NCBI RefSeq assembly: GCF_004010195.1
Contig: NC_057753.1
Span: forward strand, 9,955,750 to 9,996,747
DNA: 40,998 bases
Reading direction: 5' to 3'
Source: Chiloscyllium plagiosum
Taxonomy: Eukaryota
Below are positions 1 to 12,439 of the stretch, one piece after another. Under the pieces are notes generated by a model, which was not told the DNA's origin, made no database searches, and was given only the letters and a program-made list of their open reading frames with translations. The stretch's first letter is position 1; every line of letters begins with the position of its first letter. A program made the translations under genes and the position numbers.

Positions 1-313
1 GACCCAACTTTATTACAGCTTCAGATCCCCTCAGCAAAAAGGCCGAGAGAAAGTAGCTTTTTAAACAGTTCAAAGTCAAAGCGCGCACACTCCCCACCCC
101 ACCCCCAACCACTTTCTTTACTATTGGTCACCACTGAGTTGTCCCTTTGTAATTGGATCCTTGGTACAGCCTTAACCTGGAGGAAGTATTGACTCACTCA
201 GCAATTTCAACCCATACCCTGTATAGCGCCATCTGCTGCAGTGGGATTCAAACCCGGGATCCCTGGAACTGGGTTGACAGTCCAGTCGATACTGGCACTC
301 GGCCGTCGCTCCT

Positions 314-820
314 TCAATCCCCCTGCGATGGTATGTGAACTCGCTGGTGCCTCCGGAGATGGGAGGAGCGAGTGAAGTCCTTTCCGCACAGGGGGCAGCT
401 GAACGGCCTCTCCCCCATGTGGACCCGCCAGTGGGTCAGCAGGTTGGAGGCCTGGGTAAATCTCTTCCCACACTCGAGGCAGGAGAACGGCCTCTCCCCC
501 GTGTAAATCTGCTGGTGGGAGGAATCGCTGAAGGCCTTCCCGCACTCGGGGCAGGGGAATGGTCTCTCCCCAGTATGGACCCGCCGGTGCTTCAGCAGGG
601 TGGAAGAATTGCTGAAGGCCTTCCCACACTCAGGGCAGCTGAAAGGCCTCTCCCTGGTGTGGACCTGCCGGTGCCTCAGCAAGTTGGAGGAATTGCTGAA
701 GGCCTTCCCGCACTCGGGGCAGGGGAACGGTCTCTCCCCTGTGTGGATCCGCTGGTGCCTCAGCAGGTCGGAGCAATTGCTGAAGGCCTTCCCGCACTCG
801 GGACAGGGGAATGGCCTCTC
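314..820 (-). CDS. C2H2 zinc-finger protein (ZNF-A), 3' part; 5' end lost in N-gap
   Basis: Open frame with six CxxC-x12-HxxxH units and TGERPF linkers. The 4th unit is degenerate (short in-frame deletion, SDSSHQQIY). Ends HIPSQGD-TGA (314-316). AATAAA on the minus strand at 9-14. Confidence 0.85.
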   Translation of the reverse strand, partial: ERPFPCPECGKAFSNCSDLLRHQRIHTGERPFPCPECGKAFSNSSNLLRHRQVHTRERPFSCPECGKAFSNSSTLLKHRRVHTGERPFPCPECGKAFSDSSHQQIYTGERPFSCLECGKRFTQASNLLTHWRVHMGERPFSCPLCGKDFTRSSHLRRHQRVHIPSQGD

Positions 821-1607
821 NNNNNNNNNNNNNNNNNNNNNNNNNNNNNNNNNNNNNNNNNNNNNNNNNNNNNNNNNNNNNNNNNNNNNNNNNNNNNNNN
901 NNNNNNNNNNNNNNNNNNNNNNNNNNNNNNNNNNNNNNNNNNNNNNNNNNNNNNNNNNNNNNNNNNNNNNNNNNNNNNNNNNNNNNNNNNNNNNNNNNNN
1001 NNNNNNNNNNNNNNNNNNNNNNNNNNNNNNNNNNNNNNNNNNNNNNNNNNNNNNNNNNNNNNNNNNNNNNNNNNNNNNNNNNNNNNNNNNNNNNNNNNNN
1101 NNNNNNNNNNNNNNNNNNNNNNNNNNNNNNNNNNNNNNNNNNNNNNNNNNNNNNNNNNNNNNNNNNNNNNNNNNNNNNNNNNNNNNNNNNNNNNNNNNNN
1201 NNNNNNNNNNNNNNNNNNNNNNNNNNNNNNNNNNNNNNNNNNNNNNNNNNNNNNNNNNNNNNNNNNNNNNNNNNNNNNNNNNNNNNNNNNNNNNNNNNNN
1301 NNNNNNNNNNNNNNNNNNNNGGCAATGAAGAGTCAACCATGCTGTGGGTCTGGAGTTACGTGTAGGCCAGATGCAGCTGGGATGACTGAGTGAACCCTTC
1401 CCCACAACAGCAGTTTCCTTCCCTAAAAAGGGATGTGAGTGAATCAGATGGGTGATGTCCCCCAAACAATCATTTCTTCATTAGGTTCTGAACTCCAGAT
1501 TTCTGACTGAAATCCAATTCCACCATCTGCCACGGCAGGATTCAAACCTGGCAGTCCCCGGAACTGGGTTGACAGTCCAGTCAATAAGGCAATTGGCTAT
1601 CCCTCCT

Positions 1608-2156
1608 TTAATCCCCCTGCGACGGCACATGAACTCGCTGGAGCCTCCGCAGATGGGAAGCGCGGGTAAAGCCCTTCTCACACTGAGATCAGGTGAACTG
1701 CCTCTCCCAAGTGTGCACCTGCCGGTGGGCCAGCAGGATGGAGGAATTGCTGAAGGCCTTCCCACACTCAGTGCAGAAGAAAGGCCTCTCCCCGGTGTGC
1801 CCCTGCCTGTGGGCCAGCAAGGTGGAGGCCTGGGTAAAGCCCTTACCACACTTGGGGCAGCTGAAGGGCCTCTCCCCCATGTGAACCGGCTGGTACCTCA
1901 CCAGATCAGAAGAATTGCTGAAGGCCTTCCTGCATTCGGGGCAGCTGAAGGGCCTCTCCCTGGTGTGGACCCACTGGTGCCTCACCAGGTCAGAGGAAAA
2001 GCTGAAGCCCTTTCTGCATTCAGGGCAGGTGAATGGCCTCTCCCCAGTATGACTGCGCCGATAAGTCTCCAGGAAAGACCGGACACGGAAGCCTTTTCCG
2101 CAGTCGCCACACTTCCACAGTTTCTGCACGGGGTGTGATCCAGCAGGTTTCTCCAT
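1608..2156 (-). pseudogene. C2H2 zinc-finger pseudogene (ZNF-B)
   Basis: ATG at 2156 (MEKP...WKCGDCGKGF). His>Tyr in fingers 1 and 3. TGA at 1689-1691 replaces the first Cys of finger 6, and the frame continues to HVPSQGD-TAA (1608-1610), matching ZNF-A. Confidence 0.8.
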
Positions 2157-2403
2157 GGCTGAAGCTTCAGTTGCACACAAACGCATGTACAGCCCTTCCC
2201 TGCCGTGAGTTCCTCTTTCTAGCCCGTATAACTGCTTCAGGTTCCACAATCAGTGCGCTGCAACAGTAGGGTCTCTCATCCAGTCCCATTGATGCCGAAG
2301 ACATGCTCCAACAGGAACCAAAAGGCTTTGCTCCTTCTCACAGAATCACAGTCAAAAATTGTTGCAGTCCTGATGGATTGAGTGACTGTCGGACATTGAT
2401 GTC

Positions 2404-2526
2404 GAAGTGAGGACTGCAGAAGCTGGAGAGTCAGAGTTGAACAGTGCGGCGCTGGAAAAGCACAGCAGGTCTGGCAGCATCCGAGGAGCAGGAGAGTTGA
2501 TGTTTCGGGCATCAGCCCTTCATCTG
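2404..2526 (-). mobile_element. Single-arm copy of the same Penelope-like repeat, upstream of the ZNF-B CDS
   Basis: Same arm sequence as 14259-14360. The minus strand reads CAGATGAAGGGCTGATGCCCGAAACATC (damaged hammerhead core). Other fragments at 15317-15388, 27350-27423 and 33541-33632. Confidence 0.7.
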
Positions 2527-3237
2527 TTGATTTTGAAACTTCCATCTTCAGATCATCAAATGCTTTGTAAAGAGAGATTACAAAAGTCATGACTGTCAGT
2601 GCAAGGTAGAAATTCAGAACAAGCAATTCTACTTTCTGTAGAACATTCTTTTCTTTTGTTATTCCACACTGAAAATTGAAAGCACCATCCCACTCTCTCT
2701 TCCCCTCTGTTCTCACACCGCTCTAACTAATTCTCCTCAAGGTGTTGATTCAGGATCTTATAGGGGCAGAACAGCAAACACTTCAAGACTGACATCTCTC
2801 TGAATTTTGGATAACTCCACTGCTGAGAGTGAGCAGGTCTGATTTTGGGAAGCGCAAAAAATAGTGTCAGTTCAGGGTGAACCTGCAATGCAGGTTCTTG
2901 AGGAACAACCAGACATGAAGTGGTTAACATCCCTGGAAAGGGGGGAGCAAAGTGAGACATCAAAGGCATTAACACCAATACCAGGGAGAAACTGAACATA
3001 CAGATGTGGCAAGCCAGAGTCAGAGATATACAGCATGAAAACAGTCCAAGTCGTCCATGTCAACCAGATATTCTAAATTAATCTAGACCCATTTGCCAGC
3101 ACTTGGCCCATATCCGTCTAAACCCTTCCATTGCATATTTCCATCCAGATGCCTTTCAAATGTCATAATTGTACAAGCATCCACCACTTCCTCTGGCAGC
3201 TCATTCCTTACACACACCAGTCTCTTAATGAAAGAGT

Positions 3238-3480
3238 CAATTTAGCACAGAGAATCCATCTTATCCATAGTGCCCAGGAATGTGTAGGTTCAGTTAGCAC
3301 GGCCAATCTATGCTAACCTGCACATCCCTGGGCACTATGGGTAAGTTAGCACGGCCAATCCACCCTAACCTGCACATCCATCGACGATATGGGTAATTGA
3401 ATACTGCCAATCCACCTGAACCCATCCAAAACAGAACATTATGGGTCATTTAACATGGTGAATTCACCCTCACCTGGACA
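3238..3480. repeat. Degenerate ~52-bp tandem array derived from an internal HE1 segment
   Basis: Unit aatttagcacggccaatccaccctaacctgcacatccctgggcactatgggt, 4-5 copies; the same unit occurs at 14490-14575. Confidence 0.7.
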
Positions 3481-3917
3481 AAGTTATAAATCACACAATA
3501 CCAGATTACAGTCCAATAGGTTTATTTCGAAGCACTGGCTTTCAGAGAGCTGCGCCTTATTCAGTTGGTTGTGGATACAAGATCATAAGACACAGAATTT
3601 ATGGAAAAACATTACAGTGTCCTGCCACTGAGATGATATATTGAACAAACCTGAATTGTTAAGTCTTTCATCTTTTACAATGGGTTGCAGGTATCAATAA
3701 TATGCAAGTCGCAGAACTTCCTGTGAGGCTCCTTCTCAAGATAACTTAAGGTTTTATAAGAAAAGGTGACATCTCAGCTCAGATAATGCATGAAAGGAGT
3801 GAGGTCAGAGTCTGTCTGTATTCCAATCTTGAGTCAGCCCGCTTCGATTTGCAAAGTGGAATTTACAAAATATTACATGTATTGGCTGCCTGCATTAAAT
3901 GCACAACATGCAAAAGT

Positions 3918-6219
3918 CAGAGTTATAGAGATGGACAGCATAGAAACAGTCCAACTCATCCATGCCAACCAGATATCCCAACCCAATCAGGTCCCACCAG
4001 CCAGCAACTTGCCCATATCCCTCCAAACCCTACCTATTCATATGCCCATCCAGATGCCTTTTAAATGTTGCAATTGTACCAGACTCTACCACTTCCTCTG
4101 GCAGCTCATTCCATACACATACCACCCTCTGAGTGAAGAGGTTGCCTCTTAGGTCCCTTTCACCCTGAACCTATGCCCTTTAGTTCTGGACTACCCTACA
4201 ACCAGGGGAAAGACTTTGTCCATTTATCCTATCCATGCCCCTCATAATTTTGTAAACCCCTATAAGGTCACCCCTCAGCCTCTGATGCTCCAGGGAAAAC
4301 AGCCCCAGCCTATTCAACCTCTCCCTACAGCTCAAATCCTCCAATCCTAGCAACGTCCTTGTAAATCTTTTCTGAACCCTTTCAAGTTTCACAACATCTT
4401 TCTGATAGGAAGGAGACCAGAATGGCACGCAATATTCCAACAGTGGCCTAACCAATGTCCTGTACAGCCACATGACTTCCCAACTCCTGTACTCAATATT
4501 CCGACCATTAAAGGAAAGCATACCAAATGATGTCTTCACTATCCTATCTACCTGCGACTCCACTTTCAAGGAGATTAGATTAGATTACATTACAGTGTGG
4601 AAACAGGCCCTTCGGCCCAACAAGTCCACACCGCCGAAGCGCAACCCACCCATACCCCTGCATTTACCCCTTACCTAACACTACGGACAATTTAGCACTC
4701 CAAGGCCTCTTTGTTTTACCATTAAGTGTATAAGTCCTGCTAAAATTTCTTTCCCAACATGCAACACTTCACATTTATCTGAATTAAACTCCATCTGCCA
4801 CTTCTCAGCCCATTGGCCCATCTGATCAAGATCCTGTTGTAATCTGAGGTAACACGTGCAAACTCCACACAGTCAGTCGCCTGAGGCGGGAATTGAACCC
4901 GGGTCTCTGGCGCTGTGAGGCAGCAGTGCTAACCACTGAGCCACCCTGCCGCCCACACTCGCTATACTTCTTATGCTCTCATCCAAATCATTTATATAAA
5001 TGATGAAAAGTAGAGGACCCAGCACCGATCCTTGTGGCACTCCACTGGTCACAGGCCTTCTGTTTGAAAAACAACCCTCCACCAGCACTCTCTGTCTTTT
5101 ACCTTTGAGCCAGTTCTGTATCCAAATGGCTAGTTCTCCCTGTATTCCATGAGATCTAACTTTGCTCACCAGTCTCCCATGTGGAACCTTGTCGAATACC
5201 TTACTGAAGTCCAAATAGATCACACCTACCTCTCTGCCCTCATCAATTCCCTTCATTAGTTCTTCAAAAAACTCAATCAAGTTTGTGAGACATGATTTCC
5301 CACACATAAAATCATGTTGACTATCCCTAATCAGTCCTTGCCTTTCCAATACATGTACATCTTGTCCCTCAGGATTCCCTCCAACAACTTGCCCACCACC
5401 AAGGTCAGGCTCACCGGTCTATAGTTCCCTGGCTTGTCCTTTCTTTAACAGTGGCACCACGTTTGCCAACCTCCAGTCTTCCGACAACTCACCTGTGACT
5501 ATCAATGATACAAATATCACAGCAGGAGGCCCAGCAATCACTTCTCTAGCTTCCCACAGAGTTCTAGGGTACACTTGATCAGGTCCTGGGGATTTATCCA
5601 CTTTTATTCATTTCAAGACATCCAGCACTTCCTCCTCTGTAATATCGACATTTTTCAAGATGTCACCATCCATTTCCCTACATTCTATATCTTCCATGCC
5701 CTTTTCCACAGTAAAATCTGATGCAAAATACCCGTTTAGTATCTCCCCCATCTCCAGCAGCTCCACACAAATGCCACCTTGCTGATCTTTGAGGGGCTCT
5801 ATCTGCTCCCTACTTACGTTTTTGTCCTTAATGTATTTGTAAAAGCCCTTTGGATTCTCCTCAACTCTAGTTGCCAAAGCTATCTCATGTCCCCTTTTTC
5901 CCTCCTGATTTCTCTCTTAAGTATACTCCTACTGCCTTTAAACTCTAAGGATTCACTCGATCTATTCTGTCTATACTTGACATATGCTTCCTTCATTTTC
6001 TGAACCAAATCCTAAATTTCTCCAGTCATCCAGCTTTCCCTACACCTACCAGCCTTTCCTTTCACCGTAACAGGAATATACTTTCTCTGGACTCTAGTTA
6101 TCACATTTCGAAGGCTTCCCATTTTCCAGCCGTCCCTTTACCTGCAAACATTGGCGCACAATCAGCTTTTGAAAGTTCTCGCCTAATACCGTCAAATTTG
6201 GCCTTCCTCCAATTTAGAA
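3918..6219 (-). mobile_element. CR1/HER1-type LINE, 5'-truncated, degenerate ORF2
   Basis: [49 protein letters not shown] motifs and CR1 3' tail. Confidence 0.92.
4572..4954 (-). mobile_element. HE1 SINE split in two (4572-4697, 4854-4954), interleaved with LINE sequence
   Basis: The 3' tail and 5' head match the other HE1 copies; 4698-4853 is CR1 RT sequence. Confidence 0.85.
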
Positions 6220-7575
6220 TTTTTGAGCAAAATAGAATGTATCTGCAAATGTAATGCTGCAAATTCAAATTCATCCCCATGGAGAGTGTGGTTCTATGTG
6301 TGTAATAGAGAAACCCTGTTTCCATGCTGTATATCTATATGTCTATTTGATAACAGATACTTTATTTCTGTTGGGGTAAATATTGTTGTAAATTATAGCT
6401 GGGTACTAATAGTTAGATGTAAGAGAGAGAGAATTCCTCAGGTAGAGCACTATCAGAATCCTGGGAGACCACTACTTCAGATTTGGACTGGTTGACAGTC
6501 TGGTAGATGGATTGTTTTTTTGGTAAATGTTTTTTTGTTCCCAAACGTGTCAAAGCTTCAGCAGAAATCCAGCAGAGCTGAGAACAGACCAACATCTTAC
6601 TCTGTGGGAACAGGGAGGTCAACAGAGGACAGAGAAATCCAGACCTGAAATCCAAGCTGACACCAGACTACCCTGTGATCAGTACTTTGATTAGCAGTGC
6701 CAACCCTCTACCTTTACTGAGCTTCCCATTTGACTACCCCGTCGATATTCAGAATCCAGTCCTTGCCATCCTGAAGCCATGTCCCGGTAAGGAGTCTCAG
6801 ATCATAATTATTCTCTTCAATGTGTTCAGTCAATTCATTCACTTCTGTTACAATGCAGCTCACATTCAGTTTTTAGTTTCAGTTTTTGTGATCTTCTGAA
6901 TCCAGTTTTAATTGCTGGTATATTTACTCTCCTTGTCCCTTTCTATCATTCTCTGATGTTCATTTCCACATCACGACATTGCTCACCAGCCTTGATTTGG
7001 ATTGGCCAGGCTAAATTGCCCACAGTGTCCAGGGATGTACAGGTTAGTTGGGTAAGCCATGGGAAATGCAGGGTTATAAGTTCATAGTAATAGAAGCAGG
7101 AGTCGGCCATTTGGCCTGTCCTGCCTGCTCTGCCATCATTAAGATTATTTCTGATCTGTCCATCATCTCAGCTCCTCCTCCCTGCAGTGTCCCAACTATC
7201 CTTAATTCCCCAATTATGCAGAAACCCATCTAATTGTATCTTGAATATACTTAACGAAGCAGCCTTCTCTGCTTCCTTGGGCAGAGACTTCCATCGTTTC
7301 ACTACTCTCCAGGAAAAGCAGTTCCTCCTCATCGCTGTCCTAAATCTACTTCCCCTAATCTTGAGGCCGAGTCTCATCTACCAGCAGAAATGACTGGATA
7401 GGGTAGGGTTTCATCCCCACAGTGCAATGAATTCCCACTTTCCACCAAATCCCAGATGTACTCACTCACTCAGTTGCTGTCTCACAAATAAAAGATTTCA
7501 TTGTAACTTCTTCTGCTCTGAATAAGGGCAAAACATCTTTGAAAGCTGCTCTGAAAGTCCAGTTTTCACAACACA

Positions 7576-7887
7576 GCGGCATGGTGGCACAGTGGTTAGC
7601 ACTGCTGCCTCACAGCGCCAGAGACCCGGGTTCAATTCCCGACTCAGGCGACTGACTGTGTGGAGTTTGCACATTCTCCCAGTGTCTGCGTGGGTATCCT
7701 CCGGGTGCTCCGGTTTCCTCCCACAGTCCAAAGATGTGCAGGTCAGGTGAATTGGCCATGCTAAATTGCCCGTAGTGTTAGGTAAGGGGTAAATGTAGGG
7801 GTATGGGTGGGTTGCGCTTCGGCGGGTCGGTGTGGGGCCGAAGGGCCTGTTTCCACACTGTAAGTAATCTAATCTAATCTAATCTAA
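7576..7887 (+). mobile_element. HE1-type tRNA-derived V-SINE, full length
   Basis: A box TGGCACAGTGG, B box GGTTCAATTCC, V-domain gtgggt(a)tcctccgggtgctccggtttcctcccacagtccaaag, LINE-like tail, (AATCT)n end. Confidence 0.9.
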
Positions 7888-7919
7888 AAAACGCTTCTGC
7901 TTTCACTGAAGACAATTAA

Positions 7920-8700
7920 AGAAACAGACCCTTCGGCCCAACTCGTCCCTGCCAACCATTTTTTACAAACTAATCTAGTCCAATTTCCCAGCATTTGACT
8001 CGTCCCTCTAAATCCTTCCTATTCAAGTACCTATCCAGTGGCTTTTAAATGTTGTCATTGTACCAGCCTCCCCACTTCCTCTGGCAGTTCATTCCATTCA
8101 CGCTCCACCTTCTGTCTGAAAAAATGTTGCCCCTCAGATCCCTTTCCCTACTCACCTTAAACTTATGCCCCTTTAGTTCTGGACTCCCCTACCATGGCGA
8201 AAAGACCTTGGGTATTCACTGTATCCATGTCCCTTATAAACTTCTTTAAGGTTACCACTCAGCCTCTGATGCTCCAAAGAAAATATACCTGGCCTATTCA
8301 GCCCCTACCTGCAGCTCAAACCCTCCAAATCTGGCAACAGCCTTCTAAATATTTTCTGACCCCTCTCAAAGTTTCATAACATCTTTCCTACATCAGAGAG
8401 AGCAGAATTGAATGCAGTATTCCAAAAATGGCCTAACCAATGTGCTGTACAGCTGCAAAATGATCTCCCAGTTCCTATACTTAATGCTCTGACCAATAAA
8501 GGAAAGCATACCAAACAACTTGTTCACTATACTGTCTATGCAAGACTCCATCTTCAAGGAACTATGAACCTGCACTCCAAGGTCTCTTTGTTCTGCGACA
8601 CTCCCCTTAACTGTGTCAGTCCTGCCTGGATTGCTGGACCAAAATGCAACATCTCGCATTTCTCTGAATTAAACACCATCTACCACTCCTTGGCCCATCC
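7920..8700 (-). mobile_element. CR1 LINE 3' fragment
   Basis: QRDLGVQVH…LVRPFLEYCIQF and 3' tail. Confidence 0.85.
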
Positions 8701-8879
8701 GATCAATTCTAATTTATGCTAAACTCTCTTTCCTCTCTTATTCCCTAGAAGCTGAAAATCTCCATCCCACATACTCTCCCTCCATTCTCTCATTGCTGAA
8801 CCTAATCCCTGCTGTACCTCATCCTGAAGGGTCTGTTTCATGCTGATTAACAGGCCCACACTTAGGGGGATCTAATGGA

Positions 8880-9955
8880 AACATACAGAATACTGAACAG
8901 CCTAGATGGACTGGATTTTCAGAGGATGTTTCCATTGGTAGGAGAGACTAGGACCTGAGGACACAGGCAGACGTTTTAGAACGCAGGTAAGGAGATACTT
9001 CTTCAGTGAAAGAGTGGCGAATCTATGGAATTCATTTCTACAAAAGATTGTAGAGGCCAGGACACTGAGGATATTTAAGACTGAGGTAGATAGGTTCCTG
9101 AGTATCATGGGGATGGAGAGTTACAGGGAGAGCACGGGAGAATGGGGTTAAGAAACCTATCAGCCACGATTGAATGGTATGAACAGACCTGATGGGCTGA
9201 ATGGCCTAATTTCTGCTCCTATGTCTTATGGTCTCTTGCTGTCCTGGACACAGTGAGAGAATTGGGAGCAGGAGTTGGCCATTTGGCCTTTCAAGCCTGC
9301 ACCAGCATTGAACAGCTGAATATGGATATACTGATGTCTAGGTGAATAGGCTGGAACTTTTTCACTGGAGCATAGGAGGTTGAGAGGTGACCTTATAGAG
9401 GTTTATAAAATCACAAGGGGTATAGATAAGGGTGGTACATGTATGGAATGAGCTGCCAGAAGATGTGGTGAAGGCTGGTACAATTGCAACATTTAAGAGG
9501 CATTTGGATGGGTATATGAATAGGAAGGGTTTGGAGGGATATGGGCCGGGTGCTGGCAGGTGGGACTAGATTGGGTTGGGATATCTGGTCGGCAGGGACG
9601 GGTTGGACCGAAGGGTCTGTTTCCCGGCGGTACATCTCTATGACTCTATGAGGTCAATATCAGGTGTTGTTTCAAGATTAGGGAGCAATCTTTTTAAGGA
9701 GAGAGGAGAAAAATTTTAAAAAGAGCACATTTTTGGTTAACAGAGTGGAGTGTGTGTCAAATGAATGTCCAGAGGAAGTAGTGGATGCAGGTACAGTAAC
9801 AACATTTAAAATAAATTTGAATAAGTGCATGAATAGAAATGTTTCAGAAGGATATGGGCCAAACACTGGCAGATGGGACTAGTTTAGTTTGTGAATATAG
9901 TCAGCATGGACTAGTTGGACTGAAGGGTCTGTTTCTATGCTGTGTGACTCTGCAA
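8880..9955 (+). mobile_element. Three stacked CR1 LINE 3' ends
   Basis: Tails ending tcctatgtcttatggtct (~9235), ctctatgactctatg (~9650) and tgtgactctg (~9950). Confidence 0.8.
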
Positions 9956-10099
9956 CTGTTCTGCACTGGTCTTAAAACCATTTTCTTGCCTTTCCCAGAA
10001 CCATCCACTTCTTTGTTCATCAAAGTCAAATGATCTCAGCCTTGAATACATTCAATGACCGACCTAACTGCAGGAAGACATCCACACTTCTGAACTCAA

Positions 10100-11022
10100 A
10101 GCTGTGCTGAGGGAGGATATTCCTGGAAATATATCCAGGGAAGTTATTTGGGTGGAACTGGGAAATAAGAAAGGGATGATAACCTTATTGGGATTGCATT
10201 ATAGAACCCCCCCAATAGTCAGAAGGAAATTGAGAAACAAACTTGTAAGGAGATCTCAGCTATCCGTAAGAATAAGAGAGTAGTTTTGGTAGGGGATTTT
10301 AACTTTCCAAATATCGACTGGGACTGCCATAGTGTTAAAGGTTAAGATGGAGAGGAATTTCTTAAGTGTGTACAAGACAATTTTCTGATTCAGTATGTTG
10401 ACGTACCTACTAGAGAAGGTGCAAAACTTGACCTACTTTTGGGTAATAAGGCAGGGCAGGTGACTGAGGGGTCAGGGGGGAGCACTTTGGGGCCAGTGAC
10501 CATAATTCTATTCGTTTTAAAATAGTGATGGAAAAGGATAGACCAGATCTAAAAGTTGAAGTTCTAAATTGGAGAAAGGCCAATTTTGAAGGTATTAGGC
10601 AAGAACTTTCGAGAGCTGATTGGAGGCAGATGTTCGCAGGTAAAGGGACGGCTGAAAAATGGGAAGCCTTCAGAAATGAGATAACAAGAATCCAGAGAAA
10701 GTATATTCCTGTCAGGGTGAAAGGGAAGGCTGGTAGGTATAGGGAATGCTATAAGAAAAAGAAGGAAGCATATGTCAGGTACAGACAGGATAGATCGAGT
10801 GAATCCTTAGAAGAGTGTAAGGAAAGTAGGAGTATACTTAAGAGGGAAATCAGGAGGGCAAAACGGGGACATGAGATAGCTTTAAGAAGGGCGGTAAAGA
10901 CAACCCAGGGATCTATAGACTGGTGAGCCTGACCTTGGTGGTGGGCAAGTTGTTGGAGGGACAGGATGTACATGTATTTGGAAAGGCAATGACTGATTAG
11001 GGATAGTCAACATGGTTTTGTG
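10100..11022 (+). mobile_element. CR1 LINE ORF2 fragment (endonuclease to pre-RT) with internal deletions
   Basis: VGDFNFPNIDW, LDLL, SDH, NWRKANFEGIR; near-identical to 40350-40998. Confidence 0.88.
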
Positions 11023-11504
11023 ACCATAACCCAGCTGAGAACGCATTCTCTCCTATTCATTCAATGTCGTCTTTAGCAGCTTTCCGGTATAACAGCGCTC
11101 TGTTCTGCACCTCGCCTTCTCATCTGCTGCCGAAAAAAAGCTTCGACATAAATATTTCCCAGTGATATACCGGCTCAATGTGCACAGTCGCGTTGATACA
11201 CTCGTGGAGGTTTGCGTGGTCTTCTCCTGTTCTCTGTATCCTATGTTGAGGGGGGCAATGCTTGTCACTGGCCACTCGGGTGTCAGAGAAAAGTTTCGAA
11301 GCAAAATGGTTGAATTATCTGCCAGTGGAGAGAGCCCGGTTCCCGGGGACGGGACAAACAGCAGCAGGGAGACTGAATGAGAAGCAGCTGTTCGGGAAAC
11401 TCTTTGCCGCTTGCAATGCTTACAGGAATCTCAAATGTATTTTATACTGAGCAAGTCTCAGGTCGCGCAAGCGGCGTGGGGGGTTAGTAGCGCTTCAGCC
11501 CTCA

Positions 11505-11594
11505 GGCTCGTTGGTCTAGGGGTATGATTCTCGCTTAGGGTCCTTTACTGTGCCGAGTTGCGAGAAGTCTCGGGTTCAAATCCCGGACGAGCCC
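11505..11594 (+). tRNA. tRNA-Pro(AGG): tRNA-Pro(AGG) with 18-nt intron (11541-11558)
   Basis: GGCTCGTTGGTCTAGGGGTATGATTCTCGCTTAGGG-[TCCTTTACTGTGCCGAGT]-TGCGAGAAGTCTCGGGTTCAAATCCCGGACGAGCCC. Removing the insert gives a 72-nt vertebrate tRNA-Pro with 2 substitutions. Anticodon at 11537-11539, intact A/B boxes. Confidence 0.92.
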
Positions 11595-11596
11595 GC

Positions 11597-11603
11597 TTTT
11601 TTT
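11597..11603 (+). terminator. Pol III terminator (T7)
   Basis: Seven T residues 2 nt after the tRNA-Pro 3' end. Confidence 0.8.
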
Positions 11604-12389
11604 AACTTGACTTGTGCAAAACTCTCTGATTAATTTTCTCAAAAAACGCCTTCGTGAAACGAGGTTGGGCTGTTTGGAGTACGAATGAGGCAGAAGACAG
11701 GGAAGTGAAATGGTTGGAGATCGTGTTCAACAGGTTGACGTGAGTGGTGCGGTGTTTGTGGAATGTCAACAATCAAGGGAGATTGGAAAATTGGAACAGT
11801 TCTCCTCGGAGAACCGAACTTTTCCAAGTCATGAGGGACCTAGAAACAGGAAATAATGTTGTAAAATGCTCCCACACCTGAAAGGATCCTCAACGATTCG
11901 GCAGAATTTTAAAGTCACGAGGAAAAGAAGTAAAAGTGACATTAGGAAGAACGTTTTCGTACAGGGACTGGTTAGGGTCAGTAAGTCCCTGTCTGTCATT
12001 GACAAAGAGTAAGATTCAATGGGCACAAAAGGGAATTCGGTGGTCACGTTCAGATGTGCAGATTTACGCTGAGAAGGCGAGAGAATGAAACGAATAGAGA
12101 CACACGTTTACTTAAGTGTAGAACCAGCAGAGCGAAGGTGGGCCGCATGGCCACCGTCTGCGCTGTGACACATGTTGTGATTCAGAGTGAAATCACAGTG
12201 TGACCAACAGAATGTGGGAGTTGAGAAAAAAGTTTATATTTACACAGATATATTAAAAGTTTATATTAATACGTCTGCGAAACAGCATATTACACGACAG
12301 CAGTGGCGGTCTTTGGCATCAGTCTCGAACGTGCCTGCCACACGCCAGACGAAAACCTGAAGGGAACTGTGGAAAATGCTCAGGGCATG

Positions 12390-12439
12390 AGAAGAGTGGC
12401 GCAGCGGAAGTGTGCTGGGCCCATAACTCAGAGGTCGAT
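12390..12439 (+). pseudogene. tRNA-iMet: 3'-truncated initiator tRNA-Met(CAT) pseudogene
   Basis: AGAAGAGTGGCGCAGCGGAAGTGTGCTGGGCCCATAACTCAGAGGTCGAT matches the first 50 nt of vertebrate tRNA-iMet with 3 mismatches. T-loop and 3' acceptor strand are absent. Confidence 0.85.

Noticed and set aside
821..1320. Long ORFs spanning N-gaps (also 29321-29820 and most frames across 39167-39803)
   Set aside because: Artefacts of Ns containing no stops. The N-terminal 48 aa of ORF 314..1465 is ZNF-B 3'UTR sequence.
1689..1691. TGA at a Cys codon as selenocysteine recoding
   Set aside because: The same finger has also lost a His, other fingers are damaged and no SECIS was recognised; an ordinary nonsense mutation.
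335..2138. Plus-strand ORFs with AEGLPAL / LKAFPHS repeats
   Set aside because: Antisense shadows of the zinc-finger repeats.
7576..7650. tRNA gene calls at SINE heads (also 4880-4954, 19540-19610, 32218-32290)
   Set aside because: A/B boxes continue into the HE1 body; no complete cloverleaf.
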